Shown here: positions 49,407-63,622 of the stretch, one piece after another
Numbering within the stretch: position 1 is the first letter of the stretch
Layout: each line of letters starts with the position of its first letter
Notes under the pieces: generated by a model
The model's database searches: none
The model's input: the letters and a program-made list of their open reading frames with translations, nothing else
What the model was told of the DNA's origin: nothing
Origin: Cystobasidiomycetes sp. EMM_F5
Lineage: Eukaryota
Direction: 5' to 3'
Length of the DNA: 64,000 nt
Assembly: GCA_051047955.1 (NCBI GenBank)
Contig: JBPGPT010000003.1
Coordinates: 124,001-188,000 of the forward strand
Program-made: the position numbers and the translations under genes

Positions 49407-50477
49407 ATGGCCAGCAAACGTACATACGATGCTCTAGATGCGTCAGATGAAGAGCTGTGGTCGCCGAGTCCTCGAAGCAAGCGTCCAAAACGGCGGACGC
49501 TGTCGTCACGGCACATCTCGCCGGTACCAGAGCTGATTAAGGACGATACGAGCAGTCACAGCGCTAGCTCTTGGGGTAGAGCTGCGACGCCGCCCTTTTC
49601 GGAAACGAATGTCGTTCTTCTAAGCCCTCCAGGCCCAGCGACACCGGCCGCGCCCAGAGCCTCGTCGATACATCCATCAGAATCAATCTGGTCAAAATCA
49701 GGCGGCAGCTCTGTACGCAAACCATCTCCGCCGAAGAGCGAGTATCTGCGCGAACGTCTAGCAAATTTGCGCAATGTCCACAGTTACAGAGAGAAGCCTC
49801 AATCCGCTTTGTCCAGTCCTTCGCACTTCGCCACAGCACAGCAGTCTCAGAAAGCAGTGACGACATGCAATTGCAAATTCTCCACAGCTGGGTAGGCAGA
49901 AAACAATTGCAATGCTGCGTCAATACTGAATCTATTGGCACCCAGGTGTCCGTTCGTTGGCACTCTCAGCGAAGTCGCACACCACGAAGACACGTACTGC
50001 ACACCTCTGTACACTCAGCTAGCCAATTACAAGATGCTCGCAGCTCGCCTATCATCCAACTTATCTGCAGGTAATGATGACCAGCGAGGTAATCTCCCCT
50101 ATCGCCAAGATTCCGTTGGCCAAAGTGCACACGACATGTCTGCGCAGATAAAGCGCTTGCAATCGGACTTGGCTCGAGCGCAAGAGGAGATCAGCACAGA
50201 GAAGCGCATGAGGTCTGAGCGTTTGCGCCAAGTCATGCAGCGCAACATGGAATTAATGAGCGTTTCCTCTCTGGGGGAGGAAAAGGTGGACGTGCTGCGA
50301 GCTCAATTGAGAGCAGAAAGAGAGGTTAGGGAGAGATTGGAGGAGGAGTTGGATCGTCTCAGTCGAAGTCGCGGATCATCTTCTGAGCCTACTCGTCCCC
50401 CATCCTCATCGTCCAATGCAACTGGCAGATCGACCCAACTTTATAAATTGGGAATGTCATCCCGGCCGTCAAGCTAA
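49407..50477 (+). CDS. Hypothetical protein with a TRAF-type zinc-finger-like motif and a coiled coil; 1 intron
   Basis: Spliced CKFSTAG|CPFVGTLSEVAHHEDTYC; C-terminal heptads (LRAQLRAEREVRERLEEEL). Confidence 0.6.
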
Positions 50478-50891
50478 AGATTAAGCCGTTCTCAGCGCAT
50501 ACCGTCATGGTGCGGGGGTCGTCTCTCAACATATACAGCATAGGATTACGCGTTCACTTCAGTCTTCAGCTGCAGTCTCGACGTTCAGCAGTAACGCAAG
50601 GGCAGGTACTGTAGCATACGATACGCACGGTCTGGCTTTTCTATTGTTGTAAAACGATTTGCAACGCAGCATGCTTCTTTAGATATCTTCAAGCTGTGTC
50701 GTCAGCTACGTACCTGCAAACACGGGACCAAACAAATATGCTTGCCCCGTCTCGGCTTGCGACTTGCCACCGGTAACTTGCAAGGATGAACCACGTTCCG
50801 GCTGTTTTGCAGACGTCTGCTTGAGTGAAACAGCTCCAACCCTGACCTGCAACATTACTGTGCTGGTGGCTGCATCTGGGGCCGCGAAGCC

Positions 50892-53800
50892 ATGTTTCTC
50901 GGGAAGGATAAGAGCAAGAAGGGCAGCAAGAATGCGACTGACGGCAGTTCAGAGGATCCGCAAAAGCAACATGGTGGAGCTGGTATCATGAATCTGGGCA
51001 ATACATGCTATCTAGCAAGCGTGGTGCAAGGACTGGCAGCAAGCCGTCCGCTCAGGGACGCGCTTGTCGAGTATCCGGGCGCAGAGAAAGCGCTTCAAGC
51101 TGCCAAGACGAGCAATAGTGCCGACGTGGATGTCAATGCAAATAGCGACGTTGACCAGTATCATCATAACGCGTACTCTACAATGCCGACAGTTGGTACT
51201 CCGACGGCAGAGACTAGTCCTTCTCTTCAACTGTTAACGGAAAACCCGTTTCCTGATAGCTTGCCATTGTAAGTCCAGTCGGTCGCAAAGAAGCGCCTGA
51301 AGGATACCACTTATAACATGGTCCATCCCATTGCAGATCTTCAGCGCTGGCGAGTACGCTTGTCAAGCTATGGTCGGGAAAGCAATCAGTTATTAGCGTA
51401 AAGACATTGATGAAGGCGCTGTGAGTTCTCGGTCCTTGAACACACTGCGACACAACGCTGATTGAAAATGTGGGTACGCATTATACACAGCAACCGAAAG
51501 AATGAGGACTGGAACGAGTTTGACCAGATGGACGCACACGAATTACTGCGGTATCTGCTGGACGGCGTGTCAATGGAGGAGATGGACCTGATTAAAAGGC
51601 TTAATCCTCCATCGCCTACCAAAGTTCCTAAACGCAGTCGGAAAGTCAAAGCCGCCATGCCAATTGCTGAACAGCTGCGACTGAAAGCAGAAGCTGCGTC
51701 GGCGCGACGCGCAAATCATGAAGAAAGTGGGCATGATGAAGGATCAATGAATGGGAGCGAGTCGGAATCCGACTTGTCTACCTCTGAAGCCGACTCTCTT
51801 GTGGCAGAGGATCCTACATATCGAAAGAAATCCAAACGTGCTCCCCCGCCAAGGTACACACCTTTTATCGATACTATATTTGGCGGAAAATTGGCTAGCG
51901 TCATTGTTTGTGAGGAATGCCGAGGAGTCTCGCGTATCGAGGAGGACTTTCTTGATCTCAGCCTGTCCATCAAAGGCGATGATGGCAAAGTCCGCAGAGT
52001 GAGCCTTTCTTACTAGCAAATCGTCTGGGCAGGCTGACGAGTAAGACTGTGGACACAGCGCGATAGATTACGCAAATTTCTTTCAAGCAGTAACGGAAAG
52101 GCAAAAGATACTGAACGACCCAAGATGGCCTCGCGCGCACCGTCAAACATCCTCAGTGTTAGCGAAACAGAAGCTTCGGATACTGACATCCTCAGTGAAT
52201 CGCTTAGTCGGCAATCGAGCTCACTCACAGCCAACTCGGCAGTATCTGGCCTTTCCAGTACTGCGGACTCCTCTCGTGTTGCAACAATTGCGGAGGATGA
52301 GGACGAGAGCGCTGCAAAGGTTAGACGGAGGAAGAGTCTCGACCCAAGCATTCTCCGGCGAACCAGTGTCAAGCGAAATTTCCTCTCGCCCAAATTTGGC
52401 AGCAATGGAAATACTGGACTAACTGAGCCCACCAATATGACTGGATCGCTTACTTTGAACACGTCAAATTTGAAACGTGGTTCGTCCATACGTAGCAGCG
52501 GCAGTAGCAATGCGTCATCCGCTCCCATTTCGCCCGACGGCCAATCCCCTCGTCCCCTTACAAGTAGTAGCGCAGTATCACAGCGCAGCGGCAGTTTACC
52601 TAGGACGCCTGGAAGCGGTAGTGAGCGAATGCTGAAGAGACCGACTAGAGAAGAGCAGGACTACATTCGAAAGCTCTTCGCAGAAATACCGGGTCCGTCT
52701 CCGTTGGCAGCTTTACGGGTGGCGCAACCTACCGGAATGCCAAGCTTTGGTCAGCATCTCGACAGCAAGCCTTCACAAGACGTACCTGGAACGACCCGCG
52801 ATGTCTATGATGCAATGAACACAGGCCTCTACTCGTGCCTCATGCAGTTTACTAGTGTGGAGACGCTTGATGGGGAGAATTCGTTTCAATGTCGACGGTG
52901 CTGGAAGCTCTTAAATGCAGGTCAGGTCACGCAATTCGGACGAAGGAGAATAGCAAAGATGTCCAAGAAGCAGGGTGGCGCTTCCGCCATCACGTCAAGT
53001 CAGCAAGGTGACACCAGCATCGGGCAGGGGAGTGCGGCCGGCGAGTCGATGGTAATGACTAACCGTAAACTCATGTTGGAAAAAGTACGTCAATTATCAG
53101 AGGAATCCTCTACCCCGCCGAGACAGGGACCGCAAATCACAATCACCGCCACGTCCCCGCCTATATCGCGGCATGCCAGCGATGCTCTCGAAGTCATAGC
53201 CACAGAGGCGACAGCTTCAGCCCATCGTCAGGATGCTGAGGCCCGTCAATCTGATCCGGCTGCATCCGGGTTCTCAGAAATGACTATCATGCCACTACAC
53301 ACCGGCGGTCAGACTGCTCTCGACACGGGTGATGAGACTGACAGCGAGCCGATTCCCTCAGACTACGATACCGACACCATGTCGTCATTGCCACCTAGAC
53401 CAACGAGAACGGCGCCGTCTGTACCATCAGTCAGGAGTTCTGCAAATACATCAATGGTATCGTTTGCCGATCAGGTCACGCCGAACACCACGTTGGCCGG
53501 GTCGGACATATCACATGCATCAAAATCTCTGCAGTCCCAGAGTATCCCGCCGATGCCAGATCTGCCAAAACGCTCTCTTCGATTTGTTGCACGCAAAGCG
53601 CACAAGCGATATCTCATTAGCTCACTACCACCGATTCTCGTGCTCCACCTAAAACGCTTCCAGCAGACGTCCAAGTCATCTCTCTTCGGATCTTTTAGCA
53701 ATCTGAAAAAACTCGACGACAAAGTCACCTTCCCTTTACATCTAGACATGTCTGCTTTCATAGCACCTCCGCCATTTCACCAATCGAGTCGGGCTGCGCT

Positions 53801-54203
53801 GGCGAATAGCAGTAGCCAGGATACCGATCGGGGCCGTTCTTTGACCAGCGACGATGACAAAAAGCATTGGTTCCGACGGAGATCACCTTCCGCCGAGACT
53901 CGCTCTAAAAGCCAATATCGATTGTACGGCGTCATCTCCCATCAAGGCAACATGACTGCCGGTCACTACATCGCCTACACGTTGACAAGTCAGCGCAATG
54001 TGGATGGACAAAAGCTACCGCCGCCGAATAGCGTAAGTAAAGGTTCCGATAGCATTAGTCGGAGTGACTACACCGCTGCCCGACAATGGGTTCATTACTC
54101 GGACGATGATGTGCGGCCAGTCTCGCTTGAAGAAGTCTTGAAAAGCCAAGCGTATTGTTTGTTATACGAGAGAGTAGACGTTGGGAACGCCTCCAAACTG
54201 TAG
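50892..54203 (+). CDS. Ubiquitin-specific protease (peptidase C19); start uncertain
   Basis: Cys box GIMNLGNTCY, QMDAHELLRYLLD, FLDLSL, LHLKRF, His box YRLYGVISHQG..AGHYIAY, WVHYSD and AYCLLYER. Confidence 0.93.
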
Positions 54204-54340
54204 TCAGGTCGCAGTTAGCAGCCAATGGTGCAAACGCTACCACTAGCATGTCAAATGATAAAGCCCGTGATCGAGGAAGATGCACCGAAACACTTGAAAA
54301 AAAGGAAAACCTTTGAGACTGCATACAAGCTTACATAAAT

Positions 54341-56271
54341 ATGTCTGTTGCCAATGGTGGGCCAACAGCTACCGCTGCGCCGTACGTAGAAGCGCAAGAC
54401 TTCTCTGGAGGAAAGCCTTCAAAGCTCGCGGATGATGACATTTTGGTGACGGAGAAGCCCGTTGCCCCAGATCAATTTGATCCCCGCTTTGAAACGACGC
54501 GATGGGAGATATGGGCATAGTATGTGCTTATGGATCTGGCGACAGCTGAAGGATGGCTTATCGGCATCTAATCATCATCGAACAGCTACGCTTATTACGT
54601 CGGTAACAATGGACTGACGCTGTTCAACTTCGTGAGGCGGAAAATACGGGTATACGTTCTATGACTAATGCTAGAGTCCGACCATAGGGACCAACATCCT
54701 TCCAGAACTTCCTCTACGAGGCTGCTGATGCCGACGAAAATCTGGACTTCTTCGGCCAAAGCAGAAGCATTACATCGATTGTCTTGCTCTGCAACGGTAT
54801 TGCCTTCGCAATCCAATGCGTCCTATTCCTTCTCGTGGGTTCGATGGCCGACTATGGCAGATGGCGACCTTGGCTGTTAACGTTCTGGACGGTCGTAGCT
54901 TTTGCGGTAGGCTACGCGTGGCTCGGAGTCCATACTGCCGAGAAATGGCAGGCAGGAGTGGCCTTGTATATGCTTGGGTTGATTGCTGTGAGCTACAAGT
55001 CCGTACATGGGTCGGCATGCTGCTGGCTGACTGGCCGTCAACACACCTTCTCAGTACCAAATGTGCATTACTTTTTGGACGGCAGCTTTCCCTGGACTAG
55101 CTCGAAATACACCAGAAATGCGTGACAAAGCCATTCAATATGAGAACGGGGAGATTACGCGAGAGGACTACGATTTTGAGGATATGATGCAACGCAATCG
55201 GATATACAACATGGCCTTTATCGCTCAATCTGCAGGCGAGATCGGCATTCTCGCGATTATGGTCGGCATACTGTTCGCCATCGATGTCAATGCTTCCACC
55301 GAGAATAATGACTGGGGTCTGAGTGTCGTCATCGCCTATTGTACTAGTTGGTGGGTCCTACTGGCGATACCTTGGTTTGTTCTGGAGAAGCATCGTCCAG
55401 GAAAAGACATTCCTCCCGGTATGAACATTGTGACGGTCACTTTTTGGACGCTCTGGAGAGCGGTTGTGCAAATATACAAATTAAAGCAGACCCTGCTATA
55501 TCTTATCGGATTTTTCCTGCTCGGCGATTCCCTGAATACCAGCGTCACGGTCATCGGCACTCTGCAAAACTCTGTAGTCAGCTACAACACTCTCACGCTC
55601 ACCTATCTTCTCATTGTCGGCATCGCCGCCCAACTTGTAGGAATTGGTGCATTCTGGTATGCCCAGAAACGTTTCGGTTGGTCGACGAAGTTCATGTTCA
55701 ATATTGTCGTCCTCGGCATCGTTCTCCTTGATTTATACGGCATGATTGGAGTCTGGACGGATGCGGTCGGATTTCACAACGTATGGGAATTTTGGTTATA
55801 CCAGGTCTACTATGGACTTTTCGTGTGCCCGTGGTACGCCTACTCGCAGACCATGATATCGGAGGTGAGTCAATACGACACGGAGCGAAATTTCAAGTAG
55901 CTGCTAAATCGCTGATGACTGTCAATCGTCTCTAGGTCACTCCGCGAGGTTACGAATTCTTGTTTTTCTCTTTATTTAGCGTTATGGGCAAGACAAGGTA
56001 CGCTCAATGTCGATACGTGGCCTAGTGATAGCTGATCATTAATGCATATAGCGGCTTCATCGGACCTATCGTTTCGAGTGCAATGATCCAAGCATCACCA
56101 TCCAATAACAACAGTGTACCATTCTACTTCTTGTTCGGTTTATCGTTAGCGAGCCTCCTACTGCTCGTATTCTTCGTTGACTTGACGAAGAGCCGCAGAG
56201 AACAAGAGATATTCCTTGTTCAGGAGAAGGAAATTGTAGAAGCAAAAGCTTTAGCGGAGAAGTCGAAATAA
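54341..56271 (+). CDS. ATG22: Atg22-family vacuolar MFS efflux transporter; 5 introns
   Basis: TTRWEIWAYYAYYVGNNG, GSMADYGRWRP, FWTAAFPGLARN, YAYSQTMISEVTPRG, SGFIGP. Confidence 0.9.
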
Positions 56272-56500
56272 TCAACAATCACAGCGGGTTAGAGGATGTC
56301 TTATAATACAACGCGATACAAAGAAATAATAGAGATACCTCATGTAGCTTAGCATGTGCATAAAGCCATCATCATCCTTCGCAAGTCGAACTGGGGAGAC
56401 AGGCTATCCGGGCCAGCCCGATCACCTTCGTTCGTCGTTCGCACCCAATAGAGGCGGACGACCTCTCTGCGACCACCACACGACACACCGCACAACGGCC

Positions 56501-57371
56501 ATGCTCTACCGTGCACAGCTGCTCAGATCTCTGCCTCGCCAGGTCAGAAGCTACAGCGTCGCTACCGCCAAATGTACGTCCTCCTCAGAAAGAGTCTGGC
56601 TCGCTCAAGTTGTTCCGACAAGACGCTGACTACGCTGCGCCCTCCCAACTGCACCTTTCGCATATGAAGCGGGAGCACAAGGTAACGAATGGCTGGCTGC
56701 TAGACAGGCCCAGAAGGAGCACGCTGGTCAGTTCAGCCAAGTTTGGCCAGCCTGACATGCGGCTGACAGGTGAATTCGTGCCCCTCAACCAGGCGGCTCT
56801 GCGGACCTCTGGCGCAAGATCAGCTTCTTTATCGGCCTACCTGCTTGCGTGGTAGCCTATGTCAACGCCAAGAACATTGAACACGAACATGAAGCTCATG
56901 TGGCTCACGAAATTGAGGCGAACGGCGGAGTAGCACCCGAACGTATCGTGTACCCGTACGTCTACTCTTGTTATGGCAACTGATACACTGCTGTAGCTAA
57001 CATGCTCTGCCGTGCTTCTTTTTAGCTACATGAACAAAGTAGGTACCGCGCTGCACATGCTGAATGTCTGCTGACATCTCGACCGTCACCTCGCAACTGC
57101 AGCGTGACAAGGTAAGGATCATTGCCAGGCGAGACTGCTAGCCATCTGACATTTGTACCAACTCCATTTCCAGGATTTCCCTTGGGGACAGTATAGTGCG
57201 CCAGATTACCTGTCAGGGATTACTTTGATTGCTGACGTTTTGACCTGAATTGCGTTTGATTAGCTCTCGTGAGTCCATTCCACTTGAAGTTCGTACCATA
57301 CTGAATGATTGCGTGCTCGCTAGTTCTACAACAAGGATGCCAACATTCCAGTCGGCGAGCCTGAAGAGTAG
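56501..57371 (+). CDS. COX13: Cytochrome c oxidase subunit VIa; several micro-exons
   Basis: Presequence MLYRAQLLRSLPRQVRSYS; LWRKISFFIGLP; EHEH; YPYMNKRDKDFPWGQYTLFYN assembled with 13-, 9- and 5-nt exons. Confidence 0.9.
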
Positions 57372-57583
57372 AAATTTGATTGGCTTGCAGAATCTTTTGT
57401 TCCGTGTATTACACATATCGAATATTGCTCTCGCACCAGCTCGATTGAAGCCACATTCTGAACTGTGAAGTGGACTGACGCGAATCGTCAATCCTGTTTA
57501 GACGGACTTTCCGGTTTTACGACGCTGGACACATTGTGCTTTATGCTCACAGGTCTACTACAACAACACAGGCTGCTGACATA

Positions 57584-60500
57584 CTAAACGACTGGAACCC
57601 CTCTAGCCCAAGCCACCAGCCCCAACCCAGTTCGGACCAGGCTACCTACGGTCTTGGTCTCACGCTCTTGTGCTTCCAGAAGCTTGATCAGCGACTGACT
57701 AAGACTAACGCCCTCCCGCCCATCCGTATTCATTTGTTCTTCCTCAGCGATGCCGCCTTCGCTCATAGTGTCCGACGACGTGAGCGCATCGGTATGGATT
57801 GCCAAGAAGGTGTTGAGAACCGCTTGTACAGCTTCAAAGTCTTTCCGTGAGATGATGCGCTGCGTGGCAGCTTGCATGAAGAGGGCCAGCTGATCATCTC
57901 CAGTCAATGATCGTATTTCGAGGTCGAGACTTGCTGGTGACAAGGCAAACAACCGCGAGAAGAAGACATCATCTGCAAGCGGAGGATGAGCATGTATGCG
58001 TTGAGCTGCAACATTAAAACTCACATGAGCTTGAGGACTCCTCTTGCCGCAACAAGCGCAGGAGGTCGCTTTCAACTTCCATGTCGCCGAAGGCTAAACG
58101 ATGGCTACCAGCCTCGGGTGGAGCATCGTTCTTGGCATTCTTCTCATAACCGTTCTTGCCATTGATGCTCGTATCGAACCTTGTCTTGGTGCCGGGAAGG
58201 GTCGGCAGGAAGAAGGGTGCCTTTTCAGGTGCTTTAGGAGGCTGTTTAGGCTTATTGCGGGCGTTGATTGTTTCGAGATTGATTAGAGTCTGCCATTTAC
58301 TGCGCGGCAGCAACGACAGCGTTGCCAGATCGCCAGCAAGCTGTTCGTCTTGGTTTGATGCCAGTATGTGCGTATAGGCATTGGTCGATGCATCTTCCAG
58401 CTCCGTGGGCAAATCCGCCTCTTGCTGTTCTGGCTCATCTGCCTGTAGAGTAGGCAAGACTGCCGACTGCCCACGCAGCAGCTCCTCTTCGTCCACCGTA
58501 CGCAGCTGTACATCGCTGAATTGAGCACGATTTGCCCTAGATATCTGATTTAGCGCAAGACCTCCTTGTCAACTCGCGCTAAGCAAACTCACCATAGGAA
58601 AACGCCGATGCTATCAACATGTGCAGTTGCTAGAAAATCGCCAGTTGGTGAGAATGTAAGACTCGTGGCAACGCTCACCGTCCGGAACGCATCGATGAGC
58701 TGTCCAGTTGGCACATCAAAGGTTCGGATAATACTGTCTGTCGATGCGACTACAAGCCATCTTGAGTCGTGTGAAAATGTCTTCACATCGCGTCAGCTAA
58801 GAGCCAACAACTCACTCGAAGAACGGAATATACTCACTATATCCACGACGCGTCCACGATAGCCCGTAAAATCTCGCACGATACGGCGTGTCTCGATGTC
58901 GATGATGCGGACAGTATAGTCATCGCACACACACGCAAGCAGGTTGTTATCCCGCTGTAGTATTGTCGAAGTGATTCCGGCAGGCAATGCCGTACTTCCA
59001 AGATGCTTGGCTGTATGAAAATCAAAGTACTGTGCCCAGCGTCAGTGTGCGGACAATCTTGACTGATGATAGCAGCTCACGTGTAGAGTACCCGATAAGG
59101 TGGCTATCACTACGTTCGTATTCAATGCGTCCGTTTGTATGCCTGTGACGTGCTGAGAGCGCAGTACAGATCCCTTGGTGATGGGTAAGCGAAATGCGCG
59201 TCGCTGGATGCCGGACTGCAAGTTCCACATGGCGACATCTCTAGCGCGTTCGTAACCAACAAGGGTGAAGTTGCCGCAAGCCGTGACGCAAGCAGCGGTC
59301 GCTGCGCCCGCATCTGCTGCCTTGCCATCTCGCAGACGCAATTTGCCTAGCCGCTTGTTCTCCACTGACCAAGAATATGCAGTACCCTCGCCGATATGAC
59401 ACGTAACAACGTCATCCCACTCTCGGGTCACGATGCTTCCTGCTCCAGTTCCGCCCATGCCGGAGCCTTGGCCTGCGTAGGCGATGCTGCTGATAGGAGA
59501 CAGCTTGAGCGCGTCTACGGCTATGCCCAGCTTGCTCGATTTTGCGGCCAGGGAGCCTTGCGAAAGCTCAAAAGAGCGAGAATCACGGACAACCGAAGTA
59601 TAACGCAAGGTGCGATCTCCGCGCGAAGCGGATAGCATCGCTTTGCCATCGCTGCCGTAATATCGGACACAGCTGGGAGGCGAATGATGCCCCGATCGTT
59701 CTTTGAGCAGCTTAGGAGCGGCGGTTGGAGTCTCGAAGGCCCACTGACGAAGCGCATTGTCCTCGCCGGACGAAACAAGAAGGGCTTGACCTGGCAGAAA
59801 TTGCAGACTGCTAATTCTTCCTGCATGTGCACGACGGAGTACACTCAATAATGATCCACCAGAATCAAGGTTCCATATCGCAATGTTGCCAGCAGCATCT
59901 GAAGAGGCTAGAGTCTGGGCCTCGTTGTCGGTACGGAAGGACAGGCTAGTCACTTCATGTACGTGGGCTTGTGTCCGGGAGTTTGGTGAAGTATCGACAG
60001 ACATCTTGAACTGAAGGAGAATATCGCCCGTCCGGATGTCGAATATGATGATACGACCATCAGCGAAGCCGATAGCCAGCACATCGATGGCTGGACTTTG
60101 CGACACGCAAGTGATCGCGCTCTGACGTGATAGAACGTTCGCTGTTGTGCTGAACGTGGACGCATCGAAGCAGTAGATCAGAGACATGGTACTGACATTC
60201 CACAATTGTAGCGCTCCTTCGCGGCTTGCGACAACGACCTTGTTCATGTACGTTGCCGGATGTACGACTTTGGAGGCAGTAAAGTCGTCGTCAAATTGAA
60301 TGGTGTTCAAGAGTTCTCTTTGCGACAGATCCCAAGTGTACATGTTTCTCCCATCAGACGACAAGCCGCACATTGTCTGTCCGAAAATTATGATGCTGGA
60401 TACCGTTGGACTGGGTCCGCTGGCATGGCCTGAAGGACTCGAGGACGTGGAAGGCAGATTGTCATCTCGCGTATGAAAAACGCCGATTTGCTTTCCTCTC

Positions 60501-60984
60501 GAATATTGAAATACGCATGCTCCAGCCGCTGCATAAACATAATCGCCTTCGATGGCTAGAGCCGAGATGGGTGATTGCGTTTCAGACCCTGCATAACGGC
60601 AAGGTGTCGCAGAAAGTGGACAAAGAGCGATTGCGTCAGCCCATATGCGCTGTGGTGACGGCCACTCATTTCGAAATTTTGGTCACAGAAAGGCTACTTA
60701 CCGACAAAGAGCAGCCTGGTAGGTCCGACAAGATCCCACAGGGCCCACGACTTGCCGGTACATGTTGCAGCTGTGATGGCGGGTTTGCTGAGATCCTTGG
60801 ACGAGCGCGACTGCACGGCGAACGGTACATCGTTTGTGACGATGCCGAGAGCTCTGAAGGGCGCAAACAGCCGTCGGTCTCTGCTCAATCCGGCGGCTTT
60901 CGCAGCCTTGGGCCGCTTGACGGGCCTATCATTTCCATCATTGTGCTGCTTGAGCTCCAGCTGCTCGGCCTCATCGTGGTCCAT
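57584..60984 (-). CDS. UTP21: SSU processome WD40 protein Utp21/WDR36
   Basis: LFAPFRALG..TNDVPF, HPATYMNK, SPAIDVLAIG, RSGHHSPP, FSPTGDFLATAH, PKAPEKAPFFLPT, KDFEAVQA. Confidence 0.96.
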
Positions 60985-61087
60985 GGCTTCTGTTGGAAAT
61001 TTGACAACGCCAGACGCAGAAAACGTGATCTGACCTTCTGCTTGACGCCGTCAGAAATATCATGAAGGAGCAGAAGCTGCTGCAGCC

Positions 61088-63415
61088 ATGACCGCAGCAG
61101 CGCAGACAGACTCACCAGCTGGGCTTGCGCGTTTCGACCTGCCCAGGCCTGGTGCGACTGGCTATCCAGCTTCAATCCCGTCGTGGGCGCGACCGACATC
61201 CTCGGCCTCGAGCTCGCGAGCAGTGTCCCCAGCGCCGTCAACGAGCAGTCGAAAGCAGCGCAACAATCTGCCAAACCTCTCCATCGGCGGTCATGACGGG
61301 CCTACGCAAGTATTGGCCCTCTCGGCTGGGTGTCAGCCAGACGAGGTGTACAAGAACTACATGGGAGGATGGCGTTACAGGCTCCGTCGAGCCCTCGTGA
61401 AGAATCTGGAATGGGAGAGTCCAATCATGGCGAAGTACCAGGTCATTCGCCATCTATCAGTGCATTCCCGTCGCAGTAGCATGTAGTCTGATGTTGTCCA
61501 TGTAAACACAAACAGAAAGCAGCTAGAAGACCGTACTTGGACACATACTTTGTCTGGAGCAGTATACTCGGTACTCAGTACGTGGTAGTCTTGCCCATCA
61601 TTTCCTTTGCATCCGGGTTTAACATTCGGACACAATTCATCGACAACAGTTCGGCATTCATGATTGGTCTGCCCCTCTTCTGGTGGTTTGGCAACGCTCA
61701 AGATGGACGGGCGTGAGTCGCATGTACTTCAGATGCTCCCGTCTCTTTCTGAAATCAAGGCACGCCCCGCAGGCTGCTAAATGTTCTAAGTGCTGGCGTA
61801 TATCTGGCGTCTGTATTCAAGGTGAATGGAATCTCGACTTGCACTCAATTGTGTTTACGGTTTCATCCTGTGCTCACGCTTCTTTTGCAGGACCTTTTCT
61901 GCGTGCCCCGCCCATACACGCCTCCTGTCGAAAGGCTCTCTATCTCCTCGCACGGCTTGGAGTACGGCTTTCCCAGCACGCACTCCACTAATGCCGTGTC
62001 CATCTCTCTTTTGTTTGCAAACGTGTTTCTCCGTGCGTATCCTAACGCCCCAGCGTGGGCAACAGGGGCTGTTCTGTGCCTGTGCGGAGCATACGCAATC
62101 AGTGTCGTTACCGGCCGTGCGTTCAAGACACCCATTGCGCACTTCCGTAAGCGTGGACTGACTTGCGTTGTTTGTACAGGTCTGTATTGTGGAATGCACA
62201 GTCTGATGGGTGAGCTGAAGATCAGGCAAATTCATCTCGTTATGCCCTGACGAGGAAGCTCCCTTCATAGATTGCGTCGCTGGCTCACTCCTGGGTACTG
62301 CTATCTTTGTAGCTTATATCCGATTAGAACCTCTTCTAGAGGACTTCCTCCTACAACCTGGCTACATCGGTATGCTGAGCTGGCACCGCAGTCGGCGAAT
62401 CCTGTAGAAGCGAGCTGAGTTGATAACGCTACAGTGCCTTCTCTCATCCTTCCGACTCTGTTTCTTCTGGTGTCGACTCATCCTCAGCCGGTAGATGATT
62501 GCCCGTGTTTCGAAGATGCTATCGCATTTGTTTCTGTCGCTGCTGGGATCTCGTTGGGATGGTGGTCGCTCAATTCGCACCCTGCTCTCCAAATGTCGCT
62601 GTCACTGACCACAAGAGGAGCAATGGTCGACTCGGATGTCTTGGACAAGATCATTCGGCTGTCAAGCATACTGGCAAAGCTGTCCATTGGCGTTGGGGCT
62701 ATCTTCGTCTGGCGCATCATTGCGAAGAGGGCGATGTACTTTATTCTTCCACCATTGTTTCATATAGTAACGCCCATAATCGAACTGCCAAGACGCTTTT
62801 ATAGACCAGCTCGGTACAGTAGATTTTGTTCGTTGGCGGAGCCGCACTGAAAACCTCTCTTTGCACAGTAACTATCAGCAGATAGAAATTTCGAAACCTT
62901 TGCAGGCTATACCATCCGTTTTGAATCTTGCTGACCTGGGATCGCCGTCTATTGAAATGACCAACAAATACTCGCAGGGATTGCTCTTCCCCCCAACGCC
63001 CGTCACACCCTCTTCGGCATCATCCCTCTCTCCCTCACCATCTCCGACAGAGCTATCGGCAAAGAGCTCTTCAGGTTCACATAAGCAATCCGAATACCTC
63101 CAGATTATGGGCACGGCCTCACGCAGGCCGAAGCGATCTACTGAAAAGCAACATCCAAGTCGACAGGCATCTGGCGACTCACAAAACAGTGACGCAGCGG
63201 ATGCATCAAGTTCGAAAGCTGACCGAATGAATGTCAGGCAAGTACGCGTAGTCCACTTTGACGTTGATGTGATTACGAAAGTCGTCGTGTATTCTGGCAT
63301 TGGCTTCATTGCAACGTGAGTGAAAATACTCCTCGTAAATCCAAAAAGACTGAAACGATGTGCCGTCAGTCTTGGCATGCCTTTGACCTTCATGTGGATG
63401 CATCTAGATGTATAA
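61088..63415 (+). CDS. LCB3: Long-chain-base (sphingoid) phosphate phosphatase, PAP2 family
   Basis: PAP2 motifs KDLFCVPRP, EYGFPSTH and RLYCGMHSLMD; HPQPVDDCPCFEDAIAF. Confidence 0.9.
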
Positions 63416-63622
63416 GTCGATGTACAGAGAGCAGTAATGCAGTCAGCAGTATTGACTCGGAGGGACAATCTTGAATGTAATGCGACTGTTCGCATAGCAG
63501 GGCATGAAATTGCGGAAGAAAATGCGAATGAAATCGCGACTACCCTTATGCTCTATTACCACAAATCGGTACATTTGATGAGTAGATCAATCACTGATAC
63601 CTGATTGGTCCTTTTGGCACAT

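Noticed and set aside
41271..57371. ATG13/ATG22 and COX7/COX13 proximity as functional clusters
   Set aside because: They are separated by unrelated genes; chance adjacency is expected in a dense genome.
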